IMG/VR virus record: IMGVR_UViG_2778260994_000001
Reading direction: 5' to 3' (one strand)
Source of the DNA: a virus
Lineage: Duplodnaviria; Heunggongvirae; Uroviricota; Caudoviricetes
Length of the DNA stretch: 64,000 nt
Shown: one piece after another, positions 33,218 through 42,787 of the stretch
Layout: every line of letters begins with the position of its first letter
Position numbering within the stretch: the stretch's first letter is position 1
The notes under the pieces: model-generated
Seen by the model: the letters and a program-made list of their open reading frames with translations, nothing else
The model's database searches: none
What the model was told of the DNA's origin: nothing
Translations under genes and position numbers: made by a program

Positions 33218-33438
33218 TATCGGTTAACCAGTTCCTTGTTGGTGGAGTCCAGGGTGTCAAACAGGGATGCAAATTCAGCATCCAGCGCCGCTTTTTTGTA
33301 GGCTTCGAAAGTAGCCTTGCTGACAATTACTGCTGGCTCACGGCCTCTGCGGGTGATTTCAACCTCTTCCCCGGCTTCAACATTGTTGAGCACTTCAGAA
33401 AGGTTGCCGCGCGCGGTACGGAAGTTAATGGATCGCAT
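33217..33438 (-). CDS. phd: Phd antitoxin
   Basis: 73 aa from [32 protein letters not shown]; stop/start overlap with doc. Confidence 0.95.
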   Translation of the reverse strand: MRSINFRTARGNLSEVLNNVEAGEEVEITRRGREPAVIVSKATFEAYKKAALDAEFASLFDTLDSTNKELVNR

Positions 33439-33510
33439 AAACACCTCGTGTACTCGTTATGTGTACACAATTATAAACTTCACAGGCATAAAGCACCAGC
33501 ACTTTGCAGC

Positions 33511-33900
33511 TTAAATCACCGGACAATCATCAAATTCCCCACTTCGGGCATCATTGATGACATGAGTGATCACACCAAAAACAGCATTACTGCCCGTGTA
33601 TCCATCGTCATCTACTGGTAACGCCTCTTTCTTCCCGGTGCTTAAATCCTCCAGGTGCTGGCGCGGATACTTCCTGTATCTCTTTATGCGATATTCACCC
33701 TCCATAGCGCACACAAGCAGAGAACCATCAACCGGAGTAAGCGAGGAATCAACCACCAGCAAAGCACCCTGCAATATTCCCTCACGGTGATGGCTATCAG
33801 CTGCCCGCATGAAGTAGGTTGCTGATGGATGCCTGATTAGTTGCTGATCAAGAGAAATTCGGCTTTCAACATAATCCGCCGCAGGAGAAGGGAAGCCCAT
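33511..33900 (-). CDS. humD: HumD, UmuD'-like protein
   Basis: Begins GFPSPAADYVE..., aligning to the processed UmuD' N-terminus; LexA box upstream. Confidence 0.85.
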   Translation of the reverse strand: MGFPSPAADYVESRISLDQQLIRHPSATYFMRAADSHHREGILQGALLVVDSSLTPVDGSLLVCAMEGEYRIKRYRKYPRQHLEDLSTGKKEALPVDDDGYTGSNAVFGVITHVINDARSGEFDDCPVI

Positions 33901-33919
33901 AGCGTTTTCACCTCAATAA

Positions 33920-33939
33920 TACTGTTCATTTATACAGTA
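33920..33939. promoter_or_regulatory. LexA (SOS) box
   Basis: tactgttcatttatacagta (CTGT-N8-ACAG), 20 nt upstream of the humD start. Confidence 0.7.
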
Positions 33940-34074
33940 TACATTAAAGAGACACCTTTGGTGCAAACGCGTTACGTACATCAACAACCGCTGATGATTT
34001 TGTGCGCTTTGCTACTATTCATCACCAACGGATCAGCGTAACCTCGTTGCCAATCAGTTAATAAGGAATTAGCT

Positions 34075-34647
34075 ATGCCTAATCGCATTCCTCTCGATCC
34101 TGTATTGCCCAAAAATTTTGACTGCACTCCTAACGAGAAACGCTCTAAAGCTCAGCTGGACGCCTGGTGGGACCATCCCTATGGGGTTACAGAACATGAC
34201 GGGAAAATTGTTGTTTATTGTCTGAATGGTGGCGCGTGGGACCGTCCATCCGTGCTTGGTTTGGCAAATAACTATGATGAAGCCTGTGAACTTGCCGAAA
34301 GACAGCAGGCTAGATGGGTGAAAACACGGTCACAGCCGACATTCATGTTTTCAAAAGAACCGCCATTTATACTGGCGAGGATGCCGCAGCGACCGGATCA
34401 TCAACAAGAAATTGTTGCTGAATTTTCCTCAAGGGATGAGATGAATCTCTTCTCATTAAAGCAGGAAGAAAGGGAGCGCGTCGAAGTGCCTCCAACTCTC
34501 GACCACAACCGGATGAACCTGGCCCAACTCGCCTGGTACAGCAAAGAATTAGAGATGTCTATTGCCCGACTTGAAAACGAAAAAGCCGCTATCCAAGCCC
34601 AGCATGAAGCTGTCATTGCCAGGATACGAGAAGTTCAAAACGGTTAA
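34075..34647 (+). CDS. Lxr-like protein
   Basis: 190 aa between humD and hot; position only. Confidence 0.4.
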   Translation: MPNRIPLDPVLPKNFDCTPNEKRSKAQLDAWWDHPYGVTEHDGKIVVYCLNGGAWDRPSVLGLANNYDEACELAERQQARWVKTRSQPTFMFSKEPPFILARMPQRPDHQQEIVAEFSSRDEMNLFSLKQEERERVEVPPTLDHNRMNLAQLAWYSKELEMSIARLENEKAAIQAQHEAVIARIREVQNG

Positions 34648-34653
34648 CTACCG

Positions 34654-34917
34654 CTATTTCTTTACGGCATCATCTTTCTGATATGCCGGATCGCTCCCTT
34701 TTGGCAACTGGAGGCTTAACTGCCGGTAGTGCCGTAGCCGTTCCATGAAATAGGTGCGCAGATTCTCTGGTTGCTCGCGGGCTACCTGTTCAGCTATGAC
34801 AGGTATGTTCAATCGCTCTTTGTACGCCACACCGCTGGCAGCCAGATCAACGTTAACCTTATCCCGTTCTTCCTGACTTTTAGCTGCAATATTCCAATCG
34901 TACATATCAAATCCCAT
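34654..34917 (-). CDS. hot: Hot, homolog of DNA polymerase III theta subunit
   Basis: [36 protein letters not shown] matches HolE-like sequence. Confidence 0.8.
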   Translation of the reverse strand: MGFDMYDWNIAAKSQEERDKVNVDLAASGVAYKERLNIPVIAEQVAREQPENLRTYFMERLRHYRQLSLQLPKGSDPAYQKDDAVKK

Positions 34918-35354
34918 CCAGAATAATTGAGTAACGACTATTATTTAACCAGCAAAGTAACTTTTAATTTTTTTTCTTCTCCCATTGATTTTTGTGCACA
35001 GCTTATCTGCCTTGCCGTGCGCAGAATCAACTTTTTTCTTCCTGATTTATCCACAAAGTTATGCACTTGCAAGAGGGCCATTTTCTAAATATTGTGATGT
35101 TTCACAAATGAAATGAATTTTGATTAATGAAGATAAGGAGAAAATTTGAGATGCAATCATGACGTTAATAGATAGGGTCTGCATTACAGACCCCACCCGC
35201 ATCAAGGAATTAGCCGTTCCCTGATGTTGTTCCGAAAACATGTGCCGTAAGCTCACGTTAACGACTTTCTTTCACCGAATCCAACTATATAAGGGTTGGG
35301 TTTCTACGTCAACGTGAGCAAGTGCTCCTTTACATTTGACAAGGAACCACCTTA

Positions 35355-35492
35355 ATGACTGCTTTTTTTCAGTTCCTGAGTGCATTTTTAGATGCGCCTG
35401 TTATTAGCCAGATTCTGGCTATTATCCTCATCATCGTTTTGATTTTGCTTTTAAGGTCAGTAAAAAATGGAATTATGCACTGGCTTACTTAA
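35355..35492 (+). CDS. Candidate small hydrophobic peptide (45 aa), below the ORF-track cutoff
   Basis: MTAFFQFLSAFLDAPVISQILAIILIIVLILLLRSVKNGIMHWLT; AAGGAA upstream; stop overlaps a perfect 9-bp-arm palindrome. Confidence 0.3.
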   Translation: MTAFFQFLSAFLDAPVISQILAIILIIVLILLLRSVKNGIMHWLT

Positions 35493-35567
35493 TGTTTCAG
35501 TGAAACATTAAAATCTCCTTGATGTGGAAACAATCATTTTCTGTATGTGCTGGTGGGTACCTGTAGT

Positions 35568-35918
35568 TCAGCTTTCGTTGGCATTTAACTTCGTCTTTGC
35601 TTTCTCCACCAGCAACTTCCAGATGCCTATTTCATTAGCAGCCGCCTTGATGGCGGCATAAAAAGCATCTTGCTGATCGTAACGCTGAATCTGTTTTTTC
35701 AGTTTTGCCTCCACCAATTTAATTTCATTACGTGCTTTCTGAAGCCGCCGCGCCGCCCGGTTACGTCTGTTCTTGTATAGCGCGTTAATCTCTGACAATT
35801 GCTTTAATTTACCAGCCTGACTGCGGATTATCGCCTCTCTGACTTCTGCCGTGCGTCTCATCTGATCTCTTAAGAGTTCACCGTTTTCGATAATTCTTTC
35901 AAGGTGTTTGATGTGCAA
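35568..35918 (-). CDS. Hypothetical basic coiled-coil protein
   Basis: 116-aa ORF. Confidence 0.45.
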   Translation of the reverse strand: MHIKHLERIIENGELLRDQMRRTAEVREAIIRSQAGKLKQLSEINALYKNRRNRAARRLQKARNEIKLVEAKLKKQIQRYDQQDAFYAAIKAAANEIGIWKLLVEKAKTKLNANES

Positions 35919-35921
35919 CTC

Positions 35922-36854
35922 TCATACTTCACCCTCGCTTGTATCGCCAGCATCCACCAACGGCAATAAAGCCATGGCCATCTTATGAACCAACAGAGCA
36001 TCGATAATGCCAAGCGTATGCCCCGGCTTAATGTTTAATGCCGCCTCAAGGTGACACCTTTCTAGGTCACTTTTCTCGGCTTGTTTATGATGATCTGGCG
36101 TAATAACGTCGCCCAAAACACGGCTAATTCTTTCTCGTAATTGCTGGGTGCCAGCACACTTGACCGCTGTATCGTGGAGGCGGTTAACCAGTTCGCGATA
36201 AACATGCGGCTTAATTCGGATACGTTCACCGGGGACGCCCTTTCCTTTCGCTGGCACCGAACTATCCGGAATGTCCGGATAGTTGCCAGCCTCGTAAGCT
36301 ACCCGCAGCCAGTGCATGAATGTTTCAGTGGACACACAACCACAGTCCACATCGATTTTCCCGCGTTGCTGTTCCAGCCATTGCCCAAAATCCAACCTGT
36401 AAGTCTTACTTTCAAGTTCATCACCATTGAACTCGACTTTCTGCGACGCTATGAGAGCTGATTCGTATTGTTCGCGAGTGACAACTGACTGGTATTCATC
36501 GCTATCAAGGTCACCAATTGGAAGCTCAATCTCACAACAAAAATTGCGCCCAAAGAAAGTGTCTTTTTTGTGGTCTGAGCCAAAAGCAAAAGTCGCGCAT
36601 GGTGCCATTAAATTGACACTGGGTAGGTAACAATAACTCATTCCATCAGGCCACCCGCCGCACTTAGGCAGCTCCTTCACTAACAAGTCGATAAGCTTCA
36701 TTTTTTTATCATCTTTGCAAGCCGCCAAAGCCATTTGGGCAAGTGCCAATACTTCATCTGCCGTATATCCAGCACCGTGACCATACATTTCGATACGGGA
36801 AATAGTCTCTGATATACGCTCTTCAGTGATTCTGGTCATTTCTTTTTGCGCCAT
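35922..36854 (-). CDS. Hypothetical protein
   Basis: 310-aa ORF with ATG start. Confidence 0.5.
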   Translation of the reverse strand: MAQKEMTRITEERISETISRIEMYGHGAGYTADEVLALAQMALAACKDDKKMKLIDLLVKELPKCGGWPDGMSYCYLPSVNLMAPCATFAFGSDHKKDTFFGRNFCCEIELPIGDLDSDEYQSVVTREQYESALIASQKVEFNGDELESKTYRLDFGQWLEQQRGKIDVDCGCVSTETFMHWLRVAYEAGNYPDIPDSSVPAKGKGVPGERIRIKPHVYRELVNRLHDTAVKCAGTQQLRERISRVLGDVITPDHHKQAEKSDLERCHLEAALNIKPGHTLGIIDALLVHKMAMALLPLVDAGDTSEGEV

Positions 36855-37210
36855 TTCTTTTCACATTCCTTAGTCCATTTTTCAATGTTCATTTTGGCAA
36901 TATCAGTCATTCCATCACCTAAGAAATACTTTCTCCGGTATGTCTTGCACTTAAAACACACTACAACAGCCACCAGCCAGAAAATAAAAGGCCATACAGC
37001 AATACCAACGACAGCCGCGATAAAGCCCAATATCCATAAATGAAGCTCTCCAACTTCTGTTTCCGGCAATATTCTTAAAGAATTAAACAGCAGGCTGAAC
37101 GAATGGTCGTATGCATTGGCAGTATAAGACATGCAATCCATATAATTAAAGTCATAGCCTGCGGCTGCCGCCCATAATGGGCGGTCAAGAAAATGTTTTA
37201 GTGTCATCAT
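36836..37210 (-). CDS. Hypothetical membrane protein
   Basis: Hydrophobic core segment, Lys-rich C-terminus. Confidence 0.45.
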   Translation of the reverse strand: MMTLKHFLDRPLWAAAAGYDFNYMDCMSYTANAYDHSFSLLFNSLRILPETEVGELHLWILGFIAAVVGIAVWPFIFWLVAVVVCFKCKTYRRKYFLGDGMTDIAKMNIEKWTKECEKKWRKKK

Positions 37211-37216
37211 ATTAAT

Positions 37217-37510
37217 TTAAGGTTCAGACCAGTTATCTTCAATAGCAATGCTTAATCTTTGTAGCCATTCTGCTAATTTCAGCATTGCTTCTCTTTCGCT
37301 TAAACCACGAGGAAAATCATCAAGCGATATTGTTGGCTTGAAGCCCCCGTAATTATCCATTTCAACGGTCAGATTTTGCTCCAGTACGGTATTCCTTACG
37401 CGGCTATTGTGGCGAAGCAAATATACTGAACGTGATTTATTGGTTTTGTGGTCGAGCTGATATTCGGTAAGTATCATCTGGCTTTTGCCATGACTATTAC
37501 CTCTCCACAT
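37217..37510 (-). CDS. Hypothetical protein
   Basis: Start moved to internal ATG with GAGG RBS; track ORF began at TTG. Confidence 0.4.
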   Translation of the reverse strand: MWRGNSHGKSQMILTEYQLDHKTNKSRSVYLLRHNSRVRNTVLEQNLTVEMDNYGGFKPTISLDDFPRGLSEREAMLKLAEWLQRLSIAIEDNWSEP

Positions 37511-37520
37511 ACTTACCTCA

Positions 37521-37640
37521 CTTAATAAAACAACTCCATGCGTAGTTGATGATTTTTTCCCACGTAATATAAATCTGCACTCCGGCAGTAAAACCAAAGC
37601 CAACAATTGCTGAAAAAATCAAAACATTTACTTTTGACAT
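37521..37640 (-). CDS. Candidate small membrane peptide (39 aa), below the ORF-track cutoff
   Basis: MSKVNVLIFSAIVGFGFTAGVQIYITWEKIINYAWSCFIK; stop overlaps the RBS of the next gene. Confidence 0.3.
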
Positions 37641-37688
37641 TATAAATTTTCTCTCGGTGTCGTAGGTGATAGCACCATAATTGATAAT

Positions 37689-37940
37689 TTAGTGAGTTAG
37701 CAGTTCCATTTTTTGGATGATTTCCGCATGAGTATCATCGTTATCAACACTTAACTCGTTTAATGCCTCTCGCACCACATCAACTTCTTCTGGTTGGAAG
37801 AAATCATCTCGGTAGTCACCAAATAGAACCGAAACAAGCCTGCCACCAGCAACATCAAGATTGGCGCTAACAGGTGGCTCTTTACCATCCTCAAATTCGA
37901 CTACAAAAGTTATTTTTCCCATCGTTACCACCAGCGACAA
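37689..37940 (-). CDS. Hypothetical acidic protein
   Basis: 83-aa ORF. Confidence 0.4.
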   Translation of the reverse strand: MSLVVTMGKITFVVEFEDGKEPPVSANLDVAGGRLVSVLFGDYRDDFFQPEEVDVVREALNELSVDNDDTHAEIIQKMELLTH

Positions 37941-38004
37941 ATTGAATACAAACCCAGTGCTGCCGCCATCACAATTCCTACCGTGGTGAATGCTTCAGGC
38001 CAGC

Positions 38005-38889
38005 TCATTGATTCACCTCCTGCGGCGGTTCTGGTAGCGGCATCCAGTGTGACGGTTTCCACGACGCACCAGGAATTATCCACCCATCATTAGCGTCAGG
38101 ATGCCCCGGGATGTAAGTAGCCCATTTCATTCGCCAGTCACCTTTCCTGTCAAACTCCACGGCAACAAGAACGGCTGTTTTGGTATTCGGCATTCGCTCA
38201 CTACAGCTTATCCAACCATCCGGAGTTACCGGAACTTGCGGAATGGCTGTCTGCTCTCGAACGTCATTAGGCGCTATAGGTTCTGCTGCCAACTGACTGG
38301 CATATTTGTTAATGGTAACGATAAGCTCTTGCTCAGCCTCATCCAGACAATCACCGATACCTCGCCTGTCACCGTCAAAATCATCGAAATCGGCACGAAT
38401 CTTGGCAACCTTCTGGATTGCGGACAACACCTCACTAGGAATTACCGGATAGTTGGTTGACGTTTCCGCGATTTCCCGAAAATTATTGGTTGACGAATTC
38501 TTGTTTTCCCGAAAGTTTCCGGACTGAAGCATGGCGGCGCGGCAGGCGTTCCAGCCATCTGCGTAACAATCTCTGTGTGTCTTGAAATATGTCACCGCCC
38601 TTGGCACATCGTTTACGTCTATTTCATCCGGCACAACCGGCGCGGGTGAGTCAGCATAAACAGGAATAACGTCCGGTTGCTCTTTATTGCTTTCATCCGT
38701 TAAAGCCCAGAATAATTTCCCGGCCGGATGTTTGAAAATATAAGCAACTGGTTCTGCTTCCAGTGATGCCAGCGCAATTTTGTATACTTCCAGATCCATT
38801 TGTGCAGTTACTAAATCAGGATAACGATCCATAACCGTTATATTGCGCTTAATCATCTCTATTAATTGTTCTTTAGTAAAAGTGGTCAT
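38005..38889 (-). CDS. Prophage protein with DUF551-like C-terminus
   Basis: C-terminal W/P-rich segment (WISCSERMP...HWMPLPEPP); N-terminus shares GWNACRAAMLQ with 39099-39494. Confidence 0.5.
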   Translation of the reverse strand: MTTFTKEQLIEMIKRNITVMDRYPDLVTAQMDLEVYKIALASLEAEPVAYIFKHPAGKLFWALTDESNKEQPDVIPVYADSPAPVVPDEIDVNDVPRAVTYFKTHRDCYADGWNACRAAMLQSGNFRENKNSSTNNFREIAETSTNYPVIPSEVLSAIQKVAKIRADFDDFDGDRRGIGDCLDEAEQELIVTINKYASQLAAEPIAPNDVREQTAIPQVPVTPDGWISCSERMPNTKTAVLVAVEFDRKGDWRMKWATYIPGHPDANDGWIIPGASWKPSHWMPLPEPPQEVNQ

Positions 38890-38899
38890 TCGTTATGCC

Positions 38900-39130
38900 T
38901 CAATACACAAAATCTGTTTTAAATTCATGGTTACATTCTGGGCAGCATGTTTCGTAACCTTTTATTTCTTCACATGCCTGTTTTGCTCCAGAAAATTCCC
39001 AGAAATCAGCATCGCAAAGCAGATCGAAATTGTGGCCGCATTTTGGGCATTCAGTATCAAGTGATAAACTCCAGTAAGCAGGTGTGTTTTTGTCCATATC
39101 ACTCTCCTTTCCCCTGAAGCATAGCGGCAC
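38900..39130 (-). CDS. Small zinc-ribbon protein
   Basis: CPKCGH...CCPECNH motifs. Confidence 0.45.
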   Translation of the reverse strand: MPLCFRGKESDMDKNTPAYWSLSLDTECPKCGHNFDLLCDADFWEFSGAKQACEEIKGYETCCPECNHEFKTDFVY

Positions 39131-39494
39131 GGCAGGCGTTCCAGCCTCTCACCTCTGCAATAGCGGCAACAGCATCAACCGCGTACATGCTAAGAGGATT
39201 AGGCATTGGTTTTTCTTCCGGTACTACTTGCGCTGGAGGGGCGGCGTAAATACCCTCTATCACTAAATGTTTGCGCTCAAAATCATCTGGCTCTCGATGA
39301 TATACGTAACTCCAATCACCAAGGTTATCATTGCGCCTGCAACGGAAACCTATCGGCTCGACTTCCAGCGCTGCCAGAGCAATTCGTGCCAGTTCTTCCG
39401 CTTCTTCTGCTGGCAGTACAACGTTGCTACCAGGTCCGTATGTTTCGCGCCACTGCTTGATTGTCAGTAGTCGCTCTTTGGTAATAGTGATCAT
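39099..39494 (-). CDS. Hypothetical protein, paralog of the N-terminal region of 38005-38889
   Basis: Shared ITKE.L and GWNACRAAMLQ segments; ATGA overlap with the upstream gene. Confidence 0.5.
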   Translation of the reverse strand: MITITKERLLTIKQWRETYGPGSNVVLPAEEAEELARIALAALEVEPIGFRCRRNDNLGDWSYVYHREPDDFERKHLVIEGIYAAPPAQVVPEEKPMPNPLSMYAVDAVAAIAEVRGWNACRAAMLQGKGE

Positions 39495-40006
39495 GCCGCG
39501 TTTCCTTCTTTCTTATTAACAATTACACCGTCATATATTTCATTAAGGTGCCCTCTCAACTCCATGCGCCTTAATGCAGATAACATGTAATCGCATTCAA
39601 CCTGCTTATTTCCAGTAAATGGCTTATCGTCAGGATTCCCCCAACAGCAATTACCCTTGGGCCACCCATGTACTTTCCGTACTCTTCCGTTAACAACGTG
39701 AAGTAATCCCCAGCCAGGTGGTAAATCCTCAATTGAAATAATTCCCGGCTCACTAATAAAGAATCGCCAGTCGCCCATTCCAAGAGACGGATTTTTACGA
39801 AAACGCTTTTTTCTATCTGCTAACAAGTCAGCACGAGAACACTTCGCTTCTATCAGGCATGATGCTGAATTTCTGAATCCCATAGCATCTGGCTGTTCTC
39901 CGGTACTGGTTACAGCTATAAAGCGGTCATGAAAACAAACCTTGAACCCGTTGCGCTTAAGGAACTTATACGCAATCTGACAGAGTTCGCGGTGTGTTAA
40001 CGCCAT
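39491..40006 (-). CDS. Hypothetical protein (possible PD-(D/E)xK nuclease-like)
   Basis: Start at internal ATG with AAGGAGAG RBS; weak resemblance only. Confidence 0.4.
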   Translation of the reverse strand: MALTHRELCQIAYKFLKRNGFKVCFHDRFIAVTSTGEQPDAMGFRNSASCLIEAKCSRADLLADRKKRFRKNPSLGMGDWRFFISEPGIISIEDLPPGWGLLHVVNGRVRKVHGWPKGNCCWGNPDDKPFTGNKQVECDYMLSALRRMELRGHLNEIYDGVIVNKKEGNAA

Positions 40007-40368
40007 ATCACTCTCCTTTAGTGCGCAAGTGGTTTTTCCAGCGGTTTTGCGCCGCGCTGGGCTTTTTGCAAAAACCACAATCCATCATCCCGTAATATTT
40101 CATCAACCCCATCCGTCGGTTGCTGAGTCTCACCCACTGCCAGACGCCAGGAGCGTTTCTACGAACTAACAGAATCTTTGCTTTACGGTTTTTCATCGTT
40201 TTGCTCTCCTGCGTTTCTTTGCTTCGCGTCGTGCAGCCGCAATACCGGTATGGCGGCGCTTTGGTGCCGGGATGATGTTGTCAGCCATCAGGACATGCGG
40301 CTTCGCAATTAGCGCAGAAGCCCAAAAACGAGTCGGGTACGGTAACAAGCCGATACATGCCACACGCA

Positions 40369-41022
40369 TTACTCACCTCCTTTGATGCGAATGCCAGCTG
40401 CGCTTGCTGATTCTTCATATGCGCGTTTAGCAGCGTTAAGGATTGCTGCCAGTGGCGTATAGCCGCCATCCATTCGGATTGTGTTGTGGATGCCAGCCAT
40501 TGTGTCGCGCAATTTGCTGTGGCTAGCAGACAGTTCTGCTATGCGCTTCTCTGCGGATTCCAGCGCTGCAACCAATTCGTCTACAGTTCCGGCAGCTTGC
40601 AGTGCGTAATCGGTAATAGCCATCTCATGATCAATTTCAGTACCGTTCTCATTCGTTGAGGTGATAGCAAAATAATCAGAGTCGATTTCGTTATCAGCTA
40701 AGTGGCGTAGCGTATCGGCAACAAGCTGACCGTTTTCGATTAACAGCTTCCCTACCGTTAGCGCAATATCCTCGTTCTCCTGATCGCGGCGTTTTATGTA
40801 TTGCTGGTTTCTTTCCCGTTCATCCAGTAGTGCCAAAGCAACCTTTGGATTAAAGGCGGCAATAAATTCAGCATTGTTTTTCAGAACGTGTTGCGCAATG
40901 GCCTGACTACTTAGTCGGACCTCATAACCACGTGCGCCACGGTGTGGTTTATATGAGTCCCAGTCTCCCCACGTTGCTTTCTCTGCCGCCTCACGCAGTG
41001 CCTGATAGTCAATCTTGCTCAT
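40369..41022 (-). CDS. Ead/Ea22-like prophage protein
   Basis: N-terminal DYQALREAAEKAT shared with the neighbouring paralog. Confidence 0.5.
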   Translation of the reverse strand: MSKIDYQALREAAEKATWGDWDSYKPHRGARGYEVRLSSQAIAQHVLKNNAEFIAAFNPKVALALLDERERNQQYIKRRDQENEDIALTVGKLLIENGQLVADTLRHLADNEIDSDYFAITSTNENGTEIDHEMAITDYALQAAGTVDELVAALESAEKRIAELSASHSKLRDTMAGIHNTIRMDGGYTPLAAILNAAKRAYEESASAAGIRIKGGE

Positions 41023-41720
41023 TGGATGACTCCTTTACGAAGCTGTTCGGCGATATCTTCGAGAACGCCATCAGAGAATGAGCGATCAAAATGGCTTTCC
41101 GGCGCATTAGCCATAAACTCAGTAGAGGTAAGAATCATCCGGGCAATATCCGCGGCGTTCTTCGCAGTATCATCAATAAAACCAGCTTTCCAGGCAGCCA
41201 ACATTCTGTTCGCCACAAAATAAGCGCCTTCCTTGCGTGCTTCAGTCCTCCCTTCAGCCAGAAAAGCATCGGTTGCTGGGGTTTCGCTGTGGTGCAGGGC
41301 ATCGTTGATAATCATTGCAGCAACTCCGGCCTGCCCTGCATCCGTGACCGACACATGCTCAAGAGTTACGGCCATTGCGTGTTTCAGCCCAGCGTTCTCT
41401 GCCACCAGCGCAGCGAGATTAGTCTCAAGCTCTGAAATTCGGCACGTGGCATCAATATTTGTGTCCTCCAAGCACTTAATTTCACCAAGCAGCTCCAGTG
41501 CAACCTTTGGGTTGAACGCGGCAACATGACGAGCGTTGTTCTCTGCATTTTTCTGTCCATCAAAGCCGGTCCATTTGATAACGTCTTCACATCGTTCATC
41601 ACCGGGCGTGTGCACCGCATAAGTACCAGTATCCGTCGAAATAAATGCGACCCATTCGTCTGGTGTTGCCTTTTCTGCCGCCTCACGCAGTACCTGATAG
41701 TCAATTGTCATTCTCGCCAT
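41019..41720 (-). CDS. Ead/Ea22-like prophage protein, paralog
   Basis: N-terminal DYQVLREAAEKAT; internal AAFNPKVALELL shared with the neighbour. Confidence 0.5.
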   Translation of the reverse strand: MARMTIDYQVLREAAEKATPDEWVAFISTDTGTYAVHTPGDERCEDVIKWTGFDGQKNAENNARHVAAFNPKVALELLGEIKCLEDTNIDATCRISELETNLAALVAENAGLKHAMAVTLEHVSVTDAGQAGVAAMIINDALHHSETPATDAFLAEGRTEARKEGAYFVANRMLAAWKAGFIDDTAKNAADIARMILTSTEFMANAPESHFDRSFSDGVLEDIAEQLRKGVIQ

Positions 41721-42352
41721 CCTTCACAGTTGTAATCACTACAGCCTTCAAAATCATATGGGCTGTACTGCCAGGTGATTTTTCCGCAATGCGGACAATT
41801 CCAACGCACCTTCCCGCTTCGCGACTTCTTTCTTCTGTTCTGCTCTTTCAACCAGTCAGGCATGACCAAACCTGCGCCCTGAACCATTGTTCTGCGGTTA
41901 AAGTTATTGATATTGAACGTCCGGCGCTTTGCTGCATCAGCAATGGAAAATGGCAACCAAACTATTCCTGGTTCGTTTTTGTTGGCGACGCTAAAGATGG
42001 TCGCTTTACTGAAGTCATCTGTTGGCAATCCACCGTGTTGAAGCCAGTAAACATCGTTGCCGTTCCAGCTACCTTTTTTGTAGGCCACATACGCAGTGCA
42101 ATCTGACTCAATCAGGCTTTCTGTAGGGATGTACTGGCAATCAACGTGCCACACAGCCATTGCATCCACACTATCGGCACAAACAGGCTGATCGATATCT
42201 CGCCCACAACTCCAGGCTTTTTGGGCTTCTTCCAGCGTGTAAACATGAGCGCGATCGATATCAGAACTGTAACCATTGCCGTTATGGCAATGGAATGAGG
42301 CGTTATTACCCACAGTTTCACGCAAGCACATCATGTAAAAACGGTTACTCAC
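41708..42352 (-). CDS. Hypothetical Cys-rich protein
   Basis: C-terminal CPHCG...C...C cluster. Confidence 0.45.
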   Translation of the reverse strand: MSNRFYMMCLRETVGNNASFHCHNGNGYSSDIDRAHVYTLEEAQKAWSCGRDIDQPVCADSVDAMAVWHVDCQYIPTESLIESDCTAYVAYKKGSWNGNDVYWLQHGGLPTDDFSKATIFSVANKNEPGIVWLPFSIADAAKRRTFNINNFNRRTMVQGAGLVMPDWLKEQNRRKKSRSGKVRWNCPHCGKITWQYSPYDFEGCSDYNCEGWRE

Positions 42353-42560
42353 TGGATGCCTCCCAGCAAATTTGTCTTATATAAGAACTGTTAACGCGCT
42401 TTACTTTCCCGTCGAACTCCAGTTTCTTTAGACGACGCAAAACGTATGCCGTTTTGAGTGTGCGATATTTATCCCTAAGCCAGTTGGTCACGACGTAAGT
42501 CATACAGCGCCCGTGTTCTTCCAACACCCGAACTATTTCTTCGTCGGTTGGCTTGCTCAT
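42345..42560 (-). CDS. Small hypothetical protein
   Basis: 71-aa ORF in operon context. Confidence 0.35.
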   Translation of the reverse strand: MSKPTDEEIVRVLEEHGRCMTYVVTNWLRDKYRTLKTAYVLRRLKKLEFDGKVKRVNSSYIRQICWEASSE

Positions 42561-42778
42561 TTTGTCGCTCCTTCAGCTTTCTCTACTTTCGCTGCCATGA
42601 TTTCCAGCTTTTGTGCTGCCGATGCCGCTAACCTGTGAAATTCTTCATCTGTTTCAACTGGAATTGGTACAAACCTGACACCAATTTGAGCAAGGCTATG
42701 CGCCATTTCGAGACTTGCTCTTAACTCTGCTGGGGATGCTTTATTCAGGCCGACTTCCTCACAAATAACAGATTGCAT
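42557..42778 (-). CDS. Small hypothetical protein
   Basis: 73-aa ORF in operon context. Confidence 0.35.
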   Translation of the reverse strand: MQSVICEEVGLNKASPAELRASLEMAHSLAQIGVRFVPIPVETDEEFHRLAASAAQKLEIMAAKVEKAEGATK

Positions 42779-42787
42779 ACGCTCGCC

